Shown one piece after another: positions 1 to 12,300 of a stretch of DNA of 64,000 bases. This DNA comes from Yuukianura sp. NJ FZ-2021 (taxonomy: Eukaryota): assembly GCA_046563655.1 (NCBI GenBank), contig CM102290.1, forward strand, positions 5,890,001 to 5,954,000. The letters are read 5' to 3'. The stretch's first letter is position 1; each line of letters opens with the position of its first letter. Made by a program: the position numbers and the translations under genes. The notes beneath the pieces were generated by a model that was not told the DNA's origin, did not search any database, and saw nothing but the letters and a program-made list of their open reading frames with translations.

Positions 1-1141
1 ACAATTAACTAAGCAACTAATTAATCGTCTGAGCAATTGAGTTACCTAGCTGTTCCACAATGACCTCCACATCTGTGATACGCAGTTATCATCTACACAT
101 CCAACTTCTATTTTCAACGTAGTTACTTAAGTGTCACAAATAGTTACGGTTACTTGACAACACGATCCTGTTCCAACTCCGTTTCTAGTCAACCACAACC
201 ATCTTCACGATCTGTCCCTTTTTACAACAAAAAGAAGAAGAAGCTGAATTTTAGAATACTCCCAATATGCTCAACAACAATTTGGTCAAAAAGTAAAAAC
301 GTCAAGACGTGAGATCATCAACACAAAAGATTTGTAACGATTGACATTTTGACTTTGTGATGAACATGTGTTGAGTATTGGTCCTGCTACAGTTATGAAA
401 TGGATTAACTAAAGTTTGATGTGATTAAATGTTATATGTGAAATTGATTAAATGTTATGTTGATTGAATGCTACGTTGTGTTTTTGAGTTGAGGAAGATC
501 GGTTAGTGGTTTGAAAGTGGTTAGGGTAATTAGTTGTGCAATTAATTGAATGAGTGGCGAAGGAGAAACCACTGCCAGTAGTACTTGCCTCTTCGTGTGC
601 CGTCACTTCCGTGGGGTCACTTTGACAGAGTGGGGAAGTGGTTCTGGGTCAGGAGTTGCGCAGTGACACTTGGACCAAGTCCCCCCCTGGGGAAACCACT
701 CGCTGTCGCCTCCGTCTCATTACACCAATCAATCAGATGCTGCTCCAATATCATGCAATACTTGGTTAACCCAATTAAACGCTATTGCCCAACACCAGTT
801 GCCCAATATTTTATCAACGCATGTGCAATGGCAGCGATCTCCAAATGCCCTCACCATTTTGTCTTTGTTAAGCTTGGCTCATGCGTACTCATCTCGAGGT
901 CACCAGACTCATGGGGTCATGTCACATTTCTTAAAGTGTTTTGTAAAAAGAGGGAAAAGTGAAACTTTTGAAACGTGTGATTTTGCTTCCGTCTTTTTTC
1001 TTTGAGTGGGTGGGGAGATGCGTTGTGGCCAAAGTGGTTTGGGCAGTTTGACTCTCGTCCCACGTAGCCCCACATTGCTCAACGCCCCACCAGACATGTT
1101 GACAGAATGAGCCAAAAAGATGGTCAGGAGCTAAGTGGGGA

Positions 1142-1175
1142 TATAAAAAGGATTCTACAGGATCAGCATATCAGT
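1142..1175 (+). promoter_or_regulatory. TATA box plus arthropod-type initiator of the cuticular-type gene
   Basis: TATAAAA at 1142-1148 and TCAGT at 1171-1175 (~30 nt spacing), ~65 nt upstream of ATG 1240. Confidence 0.75.
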
Positions 1176-1239
1176 ACGACTCATTCTCTCATCACAAAAT
1201 CATCTTCACAGGTCACAGGTCAACTGTAAACAAGAAATC

Positions 1240-2590
1240 ATGTTCTCAAAGGTACTTTGGAGTCCATTTGGACACAAGGAGAAAGTGGACTCACTTCCGC
1301 AGTCGTGACAATTGGACACACACACTCAGGATCCGCTCAACTGACCAAAACTCACAGACCAAACTCAACTTTGACCTTTGACATTTTTGGATTTTGAATT
1401 TTCCCACTCATTTTGTTCTGGATTTTGTAGGTTGCAGTTCTGTTCGCCGTTTTGGCCGCTGCCCAAGCTGGAAACGAAGCCCCGCCCCCAAAAGTCCACA
1501 CTTACTCTGTCCCCAGTGTAGCCAAGGTCTCCTATCCAGGTAATACTATAATTAATTGTTAATTAAGATTAATTGTTAATTAACTTAACTTAATTGAAGG
1601 ACCCACCGTGACGAAGAGTGTGGAAACGTACTCTGCTCCATCCATTGAGAAGACGACCACCATCACCCGCACCATCACTGCACCACTCAACGCACCAGCC
1701 GGAAAACAAGTCGCCTACGCCGCACCAAGCCCACTCATCAAAGCAGCTCCAGCTCCAGCTGTCTACGCCGTACGTCCTACTTTTCAAAAAAGTTACACAA
1801 ATTCAAAAATGTTGCTTTTCAAAAAAAAAAATCGAAATTTTTTTGAATTATAATTTTCAGGCAGCGGCTCCCATTGCAGCTGCCCCACTCGGTTACGCTG
1901 CTGCACCAGCTCCACTGGCCTATGCTCAAGCACCAATCGCCTACGTAAGAATTCTTCACTCTTTTTCAACTTCCTTTTCAACAAAATCCTGAAAAAACTC
2001 TCGAAACAATTAGTTTGGCAATAATTTGCATTAATTGGAACAATCAATTACTCAACTAAATTGCGTCAACTAAAGTGCTGAATTGCACAACTAATTAATT
2101 GTGTGATTGTAATCAGGCCCAACCAGCTCTCGCTGCCGCTCCAGTAGCCTATGTAAGTCTAACAAAAGTCAATGATGTTTGAACGTTTTTGAACGTTTTG
2201 TGCCGAATCGAACGTTTTTGAAACGTTTTGTGTTCTAGGCTCCAGCTCCAGCTGCCTACGCCGTTAATGCAGGAGCCGTTTCCGCTCCAGGACTCGCCCT
2301 CAACTCGGCTCCACTCGGAAACAACTTCCAGAATCAGTTTGCTTCAATCTACGCTGCACCAAGTCTCGGATACGCCCTTGGACCACAATTCCTCGCTGCT
2401 GCTGCCCCTGCAGCCTACGCTGCCCCAGCCGTAAGCCAAGGCTACAACTACAATCACTGAACTGTCCAAGTACCTTTGGACTCCACTACTTCTAGCCTCA
2501 CTGACGTTACAACTCTTCACTCACCGCAACATTCTTGACTTTCAGGCTCCCGTAGCTGCAGTTCCCGCCGCTCCAGTCAAGGGCTACTAA
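1240..2590 (+). CDS. Secreted Ala/Pro/Tyr-rich low-complexity cuticular-type protein (multi-exon span)
   Basis: 4-codon first exon MFSK (1240-1251), GT-AG intron, then signal peptide VAVLFAVLAAAQAG (1431-). Further exons carry AAPA/AAPI/AYAAP repeats. Last exon 2546-2590 reads APVAAVPAAPVKGY*. AATAAA near 2790. No R&R chitin-binding consensus was seen. Confidence 0.8.
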
Positions 2591-3024
2591 ACACTCAGGT
2601 CCAGCATGGTTCAACCTCATTGTATCTCATACCTCTCACCTTTGACCTCCCTCTGTCCTCTCCTTCAAGTGTCCATGAGCGAGTAACTGGAAGAATGCAG
2701 GGAGGGGATGACCCCTTCAAGGGTCCCCTTCCTTCTAGTCCACACGAATAATTGACCTCTTTCTTTTCACTAATCACACTTTACAAAAGAAATAAATACG
2801 AATTTCATAAGCAAAACAAGGAAGTCATCCGTCAATTCATTATGTAAAAGCGGAAGTGGGTTATGATTGGTTGTAAATTTAATTGCTTCAATTAATTGGT
2901 TGTATGCGAAGTAATTGCGGAAGTAATTGTTATTTTAGGTGTAAATTGAAATTACTGGAATTCTCTGGAAAGTTGACAGTCGTAATTAAACTTACTTTTT
3001 AATACATTTTATGTAACTAGAAAG

Positions 3025-4927
3025 TTATGACTTCGTTGATGATCAACACCTTGTCATGGTACTCGCGGAGAAGATTGGTGGCATCTTCCATATCAGCGTT
3101 GTCCTCCCAGCAAGGCTGAAAAAATTAAACAAACATTGCAAGTTACTCACTTTAATGTTCCCAAACAAAGATCATTCACGTAAAGCTTTTGTCGCATTTG
3201 TATGCACAATTATATTGAAAAAAGAAATTGTTAAATTACCAGCTCATCGTGTGTAACAAAGGTGAGTCGCTGGAGTCGTTTGAGCCGTCCAGTGGCGGAA
3301 GCGTATACGGCATGGTACATGTCGGTAAAGCCAAAGATCAATTGAATTTCAAGCTCCTTCAGTTCTAAAATAATTAAGTTAAAACGCATAGTTGAAACTC
3401 ATGTTTGAATGGGTTACATATCTTTTAACTTACTACTAAGTTCTCCAATTTGATTTTCATCAATGCCAAAACCTTTTCCTTGGAAATCTCTGATACGCTG
3501 GAGCACATATTCTCGCCCGAGAAACTCATTTGTTTCATAGTCGCATGGTTCGCCAGTTAACACTTCCCATGGCCATCCCCTCAGCTTTAGGCTTTCCAAG
3601 TGAGGCAAATGTTTGAGCAGGGTGTTGAATGTATAAAAATCTGGATGGAACGATTTTGGCCCACTGTGATTTATAGCTAAATCCACAGTCAGCTTCTTGA
3701 CGTTTGGAAACAGGAAGTGAGCGTTGTTTGAAGTTATGTCCGTGACACTGGTCAAGCGGAGTTGGTGGACGGTGTAGAATGGGTTCGTGTCTAAATCAGG
3801 AACGTCGTCGTAGTTAGTACTATTTTGAAAGAACTTGAGTTTGGCCAAAGGGAAAGTTTGAATCCAATTCCAAATTGAAGCTTTGAGATCCACGTTGAGT
3901 ATGGGCGGGAGTGAAATAGCGAGGGCAACAATCCTGGGCTGTGGAGTTAATGTAACGAGTTCATTGAACACATCTTCAAATTTGTTTGTGATAACTCCGA
4001 GCCGAAGTTTGACTTTTGTTGAAGATGAGCGAAGGTGACTTAACATGTTTGGTAACTTTTGGAGTTCGGTTCTACGCATAATTTGTTCATGATAGTCTGA
4101 TCCTTCCTCAATGTTACGCAAGGCCAACGGATGAATGCCAGGGTAAATGTAGTGGACTTGGCAAAAGTATGGGTAGTAGTGTAGAGAAAGTACTTGGAGG
4201 TGAGGCGAGTGCTTGATGATGTCTTGAAACATAGCTGGCTCCGTAGAATCACGTCCCCAGTCATCATTTAGTGTAAACTTGACCTTGAACTTTCTTAAAT
4301 TTCCGAAAGCTTGAGCACAACTTGCGTCGGTTGTGGCGGGAAATGTGGTTCCGTAGCTAACCACTAGATACAAAGATGTTAAATTTGAAGTGGTAAAAAG
4401 CAGAGTTTGAATTGGACGTCCATAGTATCTTCCCCACGATCGACTTTTTAATTTCAAATCTTGAAGTCTGAAACTCCATTTCTTCTCTACCTCCGAGACG
4501 AAACTGATTTGAGTGATTGGTGTAGTTTTCAAGAAATCTTCAATTGTCTTTAGTTGAATGTCGTCGTCAACTCGAAAAGCAAACTTGGAAAATGGAACTT
4601 GTGATGCTGGAGTTGCGCGCATGAGCCACGAGAAGTACTTGATGTCATTGTTCGTTCGGAAGTGAATTGTCTTGTGACATTTGCTGAGCACAAGAAACAT
4701 TGATGGGTCGTCCCTCCAACTGCGGCAAACCAGGCGACAATTCAGAATGTCATTATTGGAAAGTAGCGACAGTATTTGGCCAAATACCTAAAACAGTACA
4801 ATATTTGACAAAAATTCTTATTTTTTAAGTCAAAAATCCACAACTTAACTTCTGTTGGTAGTGAATCCATATCACCATTTTGCTCAATTGCGTCTCCTGA
4901 AGCGGCTGAAGCCCAAATTTCCTCCAT
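3025..4927 (-). CDS. F-box protein with a Leu-rich (LRR/RNI-like) C-terminal region (multi-exon span)
   Basis: Splicing at ~4790-4849 gives MDSLPTEVFGQILSLLSNNDILNCRLVCRSW, a classic F-box. A ~1.3-kb exon follows (ORF 3414-4700) with LxxLxL motifs, then two small 3' exons ending at TAA 3025-3027. Confidence 0.8.
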
Positions 4928-4964
4928 TCTAACTTTCACTTTTGTCTGGACGCTGGTGGCGTAA

Positions 4965-6146
4965 ATCGCTGAGTTTCAATATTGCAAAAATATAGATGAT
5001 GAACGTAGAATGAAGACAGGATCCGTTTGCAAGTTCTGAAAACAATAGTTTAAAAAATCATCAACCTCCATGTCAACCTGACATTGTGAACGTCAATGTC
5101 CAATTAACGTAAAACCGAGATTCGAATAGCATAAGGAGTCTGACACTAATCATGACCAGTGTCACCCTCACCGTAATGAATGATGGTCCACCGAAAACTG
5201 AGGTTTTACCGAATCAGACTTACCGGCTGTCGTTGATTCAGTAGGAACACCGGATATGGAAGTGGAAGCGACGGAGACGAGTTGACCTCAGTTGACCTTT
5301 GCAGTCCTTCCAGTATCACAGATGACAGGATGAAAACAGACCACAAGAAAAGTGACAGATGACAGATAACAAGACAATTGGCACTTGCTGGACAATATTC
5401 CTGGGCTGAAGTAAGGTACACCGATAGTTATTGTAACCGCAGTGTAGCCATTTTGCCGTGGCAATTGGTCGTTACGCTATGTAGCATAGTTATGTTGCCA
5501 CTTTGGGCTATGTTTGACTAAGTTAAAGTGCTTCACATGTTGCCACTCAAGTGTTGCCACACGGGATGGGCAGAGTGGCTACATTTTGTGGCTACAACAA
5601 CTATTGTTGAGCCTTATCCCAACCAAATTCTGTGGCAACACAAAAACTTTCACTACAACTCTTCACCACTTCAACAGAGCTGGGCACATTTAAATAATTT
5701 ATTTACTTCAGCCCAGGAATTATTGTCCAGCAAGTGCCAATTGTTTTGTTATCTGTCACTTTTCTCATCTGTGATACTGGAAGGACTGCAAAGGTCAACT
5801 GAGGTCAACTCGTCTCCGTCGCTTCCACTTCCATATCCGGTGTTCCTACTGAATCAACGACAGCCGGTAAGTCTACACAAACATTCTAATTCGGTTATTC
5901 GGTAAAACCTCAGTTTTCGGTGGACCATCATTCATTACGGTGAGGGTGACACTGGTCATGATTAGTGTCAGACTCCATATGCTATTCGAATCTCGGTTTT
6001 ACGTTAATTGGACATTGACGTTCACAATGTCAGGTTGACATGGAGGTTGATGATTTTTTAAACTATTGTTTTCAGAACTTGGAAACGGATCCTGTCTTCA
6101 TTCTACGTTCATCATCTATATTTTTGCAATATTGAAACTCAGCGAT
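4965..6146. repeat. Long near-identical inverted repeat (arms 4965-5414 and 5703-6146, ~290-bp spacer) between divergent F-box and VPS13B genes
   Basis: The left arm ATCGCTGAGTTTCAATATTGC...CTGGGCTGAAGTAA is the reverse complement of the right arm TTACTTCAGCCCAGG...GCAATATTGAAACTCAGCGAT. They differ by a few substitutions and a few small indels (up to ~20 bp). The ORF track shows the same peptide (SSVILEGLQRSTEVNSSPSLPLPYPVF) on both strands. Confidence 0.95.
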
Positions 6147-6358
6147 AAAGAGAATCGACAAGTATTTATTTTTGAAACACTGTTATGAAAGTGGTAAGCA
6201 GTTAGTTAATACTTTTTTAATTATAATGTTTTGCTTATGTTGATTCACTTTCGAAACGTTTTCTTTTATTTGTCCGTTTAGCTTAATTAGTTGGAGTTAC
6301 AGGCAGTACTAAGTCTGCAACTTTGGAAAAAGCAACTTTGGCTACTTTGGAAAACATA

Positions 6359-9300
6359 ATGTTCAGCATAGAGTCGTATCTCACTCCATACATTGCGGCG
6401 TACCTTGGGAAATACGTCGACAACTTCAACAAGTCCAACTTCCAAGTGAGTTTTGGAAATTCATATTGGCTACATCCTATTTTGATGTTATGGATAAGAA
6501 TGTTAATTGTTGTTTTTGTTCCAGCTGTCACTATGGGAGGGAGAAGCAACTTTTCAAAACGTAGACTTGAATCTGGGTGCGATCGAGGCAGAGCTGGAGA
6601 TTCCTTTTCATGTGATCAGTGGACACATCCACGAAATGAAGATCAGTGTACCATGGACCAAAATCACTTCAGAACCCATCGTCGTCACCATCAATACCTT
6701 CGGTTAGTTTCATCATCAAGCTAACGAATGTCAGAGAAACTAATTTGGTCTTCTTTTGACAGAACTTTCGATGGGATTGAAGCGGAAACGACCAGGCGAA
6801 GAGGAAACGAAAGTGAACAAGTAAACGCGAATTAGTTGAAACGACCAAAATGTTTGAAATGTGACACTATTTTGTACTTAGGTCTCCCATTGAACCGAGT
6901 CTTCCTCCAGACACAACGGGGTACATGCAAGGTCTCATGAACAGAATCATCCAGAATGCCAAAGTGGTCTGTCGGAATGTGATCCTCAAGTACATTGAAG
7001 AAGATATTGTGATTAGCTTTAATTTTGAAAATGTCACCCTCTGCTCAGTCAATTCCTGCTGGGAACAGGCTTTCGTCGGTAAGTTTCATATAAAAAAAGA
7101 AGAGAAAAGAAATTCATTAGGCCTTATTCAATTTTGTTCCATTTCCAGATTTTGGAGGAACTGACTTTATCGTTCGTCGTAAACTTAGATGTCCGGATCT
7201 GACAGTGTGCCTTGACAACGTCCATTCGGTGTCCAGACACAGTTATATGGTAAGTAACTCTTGATCATTTAATCAGCATGTTAAATGTTATGTTAAGTGT
7301 GTCCTTTGTTTCAGGAACCTCTGCTCTACAAATGTGCCTTTGACGTTAGGATTTTGAATCAATTCCAAGGACCCTTCTCCAGAACTCCGTTTTTTAGACG
7401 AATCGACATTCTGTTCAATGAAGCAGACGTTTCTGTCAGTGAACAGCAGGTACAACCACAAACTACTTTTGATCACTTTTCATTTGATTTCATACTTCTG
7501 ATCAGCTGACTGACATTTGTTGTCATGACAGATTCCGATGCTGATTCGCCTGTACAATCTCCTCATTGCGCTGACACAACTCAAAGGTCCACAATCTGAT
7601 TTGGTCACGACTGAGCCTCGTCAGGGTGGCGGTGACATACTTATAGACGACAAGGAAGAAGAGAAATGTGAGACTGAAACGAAAGCGGAAGAAGAACCAT
7701 TACCATGTACACCACCACCAGGTAAATTTTCATGAAAAAGTTTAAATTGGTGTTGGATTAAAATGTAGGACTGACTAATCCTCGGAATCCTCGGATATTG
7801 TTTGTTTAGAATGTAGTATGGAATTGGTCTGCGTTGAAGAGGAAATGTCTTCTCCACTGTATGACTGGGCTGCTTGGGCCGTGGGGTGGATCCCACTTGG
7901 TGGTTTCGTGGCCAGTGACGAACCGCCTCCAGAACCCTTGACCCCAACTCCACAAATTCAGCCGATTCTGGCTCTCGGTCTCTATGTCAACGCTGCTCAC
8001 TGTACGCTCAAGAAGTCAGAACAACAAAGATTCTCCGACAGAGCAAGCACATCAAGCAGCACTCCCAGCTCAAGAATCAAGGCCAAACCTTATCTCAAAA
8101 TCCATATTCAGGGGATCGTCGCAGACATTTCTGTCCAGGGACCAGCGAGGAGTGTGCGAGGCGGCTTTTGCGAGGTAATTTACTAACTAACTTGCTAATT
8201 AGTTAAAGTTAAAGACTTTAAGGTAAAGTACTTGTGACTTGATTTTAGGTGAGAGTTGATGGAGTGGGTGTTTGTCCTTGTGGTGTGGACGACGGAGGTG
8301 ATGAGAGATCCAGTTCTCCTCTTCCCTCTGCTGGAATTCCCTACTCAGTCATGGGCCGAAAGCGAGATGACTTCCTCACTGGAACTCTCTTTGACCCTGA
8401 CACGGATCCTGCTTATGACGCCTTTGACTGTCGGTTTCATTGCAAGGGCTATGAAGATAGATATTCGGGTAAACTTTTCATTCCTTTCTACTAAAAAACG
8501 AGTTTTTAGTAACTTTCAACATGATGTTAACACTCTGTTTTGTTTTTTGTAGAGGATTCAATGCTGATTCGTACTCCAGCTATTGCTCTCGACTCGGTTG
8601 AAATTCTTCCAACGTCGTCATCCCCAGATGAATGCTGTGAAGGTGGACCAGAAGATACTGGAGTTCTGCCTACTCCTGCAGACTCTAACTTCCGTATTGC
8701 ATTGTGAGTTGTCTGAAAAAGTAACTAAGTTTAGATTTTATTTAGATTTTTGTCAAGATTTACTAAATTATTGATGAAGTTGTTTGTTTTAAAAGTGAGA
8801 AAGAAGGACCGAAAACTTCTACGCGTGTTGTTTTTTCTCCTCTGAGCATCAGAGTATCAACTGGTCTAGTTCATCGTTTCAAAGTCATTCAAAAGGCATT
8901 GGAGGCCTATAACTACATTCCATATGTCAACCTACTCCCTCTGTGTAAGTGGAATTTCAAACAGAAGTTACTCGATTATTTCATTTTTAATCGATTATTG
9001 ACTTTTATTCATTGTTTAATTCCAGACATACCCGAACTCCGATTGTTCATGAAGTTACGAGTGGATAGACTGGAACTTGTTTTCTGTGACAGTGAAAGCA
9101 GTCTACTCAGTGAAACTAACAACGAAATGAGACTTACACTCTTTGGAATCAAAACGAATTTGGATGTAAAGGAATTCTACCGCAAGAAATATTTCCAGCT
9201 CCGAGGACTCGATCTCCAGAGTTACCAAAAGTAAACTTGAAACACTAAACTTCGGAATGTTTGACTTTCAGAATTTCACAATTTCAGAATTTTGTTTTGG

Positions 9301-12300
9301 CAGGGAGGCCGACGATTGGGTCAAAGGTCACTGCATGGGCATTGTCGTTTCTTCTACACAAGGAGTTGATCCACAAATTGAAATTCCTTCAGGCATGCCC
9401 ACCAGCAGTACTTCCTTTGAACTCCACCAACCAACAGAGGCCCTTCGTCGTCCTAAGGGCCCTGCTATCAAGATGGACACGAGAACAGATCGAGCTCTGG
9501 AGTCTTTCTTGGCCTTTTCATACACCGAAGTCCAAGCATCTCACTACCTCAAAACGAATCATTCCTCAGAACTTCCAAACTCCTGGAACGAACTGCTTCG
9601 ACGCAAACTGGGACCCGAGTCACAGCTACTCCTTGCCTACAACCACGATCCGACGAGACTCGTCACAGAAATTGATCTCAAGATGAAATCAGTCGACATC
9701 TTCCTTCATCCAGCCACGGTTGATCCAATGGTGCCATTGACCAAAGAAATTTTGTCACTTTCCGTTGGAACAGCAGAATCCTCTGCCAAATCGAACTACA
9801 CGAGTATCAACATGCCCATGGCCTATATAGAGACTCAAAGGATCCGACTATTCCTCAGAACAGTGACGGAACCATCTGAAAAGGCATTTGGAGATGTACT
9901 GCTTGTCCAAGTGCCGGGAGTCTACCTGACATCGCAAGTTGACAATGCACTGGAACGCCAATGTCTTCGTCCAGATCTCCTTGGACTGGGAGAAGAAGCG
10001 GGCATTACGATGCTTCCAGGATCTTTTCTGGAAGATAGAAGATACGAACTGTTTGTTCCGCACTTGTCACTCTCAACTTGCAACTGGGAAGATCTGGAAA
10101 GTGCAACCCTGGGGCAAAAGGAGACTGTAATCGCATATCCTCTCTTCCAACAGTAATTAACTTTATATAGAAATGAATTATTATAGTATTTTAATTATTG
10201 AAGTTAGTGTTTTATTTTTTGTTTTAAGCTCTGAACTTTCTGTTGCCTTTTCACCGGCTCTCGTCTTCCAAGGCTCTTCCACTTCTGACCAAATTCTGGT
10301 GGCAGGTTACGGAGCTCAAATGAACTTTTCACGTGAAATCCACATCACTGCCAGCACTCACCAACTCGCTCTGCTCCTTCGACTGGCTTCTGATTGGATC
10401 GGAATCAAAAACAGTTGGAAGGGAGTAACTACTTATCAAGTGGAATCCATTTTCTCATGGCTGGATTTGAGACAAGGGATTTCAGATGCTGAATGGGAAG
10501 GATCCAAGGTTCGTAAACAAGAAAATAGTTTTTTCTTCAACAGGGTAGGCAATAAGTCGCTTGTCTATTTTCTCCCCAAAATTTCAAAAATGAAAAGACA
10601 GACACGGCAACTGCCTTTCCATGTCGATTTTTGGAAACGGAATTTTTTTATTCATTTTGAACGTTCAATTTTGTACAAACTTTTACATTTTTGCATAAAA
10701 CGAGCGATAACCATCTTTGGGTGAAACTTGGGTGACAAAAAAAGTTTGGAGAGAGATTTTTTGAAATTGGTTCTTATTACCTAACTTGTTAAAGGATATG
10801 TATTGTTGCTATAGGTTGGTATGAAATATTGTAATTATTTTCAAAACTTATGTAGAATTTTAAAAATTCCATTATTTGGGGAGAGATTTTTTGAAAGTGG
10901 GACTTATTGCCTCACCTGTTAAATCTTGTTTTTTGCTAAAGGAACCTTGGGAAGGATCTGTGAAAGAAGTTGATTCTGGAGTTGGTGCGGAATCTACAAA
11001 TACAATTCATCAAGCCGAAGTAGAAACTGCTCCGATAGACTACTTCCTGGCAGCAGCCAATGTTAGAATTACAGTATTCCACTTGGAGTATGCTGTGGAT
11101 CCAGAATCAAATACTTTCCAAATGGCAGCACTCAAACCACTTCTCATGCTCAACATTCTCCGACCGTACTGTGCCACTTCCATTTCTGTCAGATCTCAGA
11201 AGATGGATTTCTCAATCTTCGATTTAACAATTGCTATGGGCGATGGAAATTCACGACCACTTGAAGAGTTTATGGTGCCAAGGAAAAGTGATTTTCCAGT
11301 CCACGTTCTGGAGACGCTGCCTGGAGAGAGAAATCCGAAGACTGGGCTACTTCGTCCTCTCTTGAATATTTCTTCACTGGACTTCTTCATTCAAAATGTG
11401 AATTTGAGATGCGAAGTTGGACGACCTGTCAAATTTATACTCTGTATGGAAAGATTCTATCAGTTGGCAGAGTTGTGGGTTCGGATTGCAGAAGAAACTG
11501 GACCAAACGCCCCACCGGAATTCCCACCGCCCGACCCACCTCCAGATCTGAACATCCACAGACTCATCGCCCTCGTGGCATCTTACACTCAAAGGTTACA
11601 AGTCTACGCAACTCAGATTGTTGTGGTAATTGCAGAAGAACCACCAGGACTTACCAAAGCAGCCATCACGACGAGTCTGGCAGGTCTGGATCTGAGTCTG
11701 CGTGGAAGCGATGTGACTAACAGCGCTCAACTTCCGTCTGATTGGACACGAATTAAGTTGGGCTTCGAAACTATTACGATGACAACTCTACTAGGGGATA
11801 GGTGAGACTCAATTTTAAAATTCAAAAAAATCTGAAATTTTAAATTTTAAAACTCAAAATTAAATTTTTTGTAGGACTGACATGCTGCTGAATCCAATGT
11901 CGTTTCACCTTCACCTAACTCTGGAATGGAACCCGTTCATTGACGTTCCTCTGATTGCGATCAACTTGTGTCCTGGTCCTGTCCGAGTCTTCTTTGGACC
12001 ACAAAATATTCTGGCCATTCTTCAAGTCTATCACACATTTGGATACTACTGGGAGGTTAGAAAAGATGCTTTGATTGTGATTTTGGAAAATTGAAAACTT
12101 AAAGAATTCTTAAAACTATTTGTTTACTTTTCAGAAATTTGTGGAGGTAGAAGAGAAAGAGTTGGTAGAGATTCTAGAAGAGACGGTGAGTACTAAGGAG
12201 GAGGTGAGTTTCGAAGATGATCTGCGGAATGGAGCCTTCCATTTCTACTACTCAACTGCTCCATCGTCTGTGCCGCCTGTGTACCAAGTCGGAATTTGTC

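Noticed and set aside
1..550. Weak inverted similarity between 1-26 and 524-550
   Set aside because: AT-rich TAATTA motifs are common throughout this window's non-coding DNA, and the internal sequence does not pair convincingly.
585..1115. Overlapping ORFs upstream of the cuticular-type gene
   Set aside because: No recognisable homology, non-ATG starts, and they lie in the expected promoter region.
5206..5905. Twin ORFs 5206-5421(-) and 5528-5905(+) sharing a peptide
   Set aside because: A by-product of the inverted repeat. They run through predicted splice donors and resemble no protein family I know.
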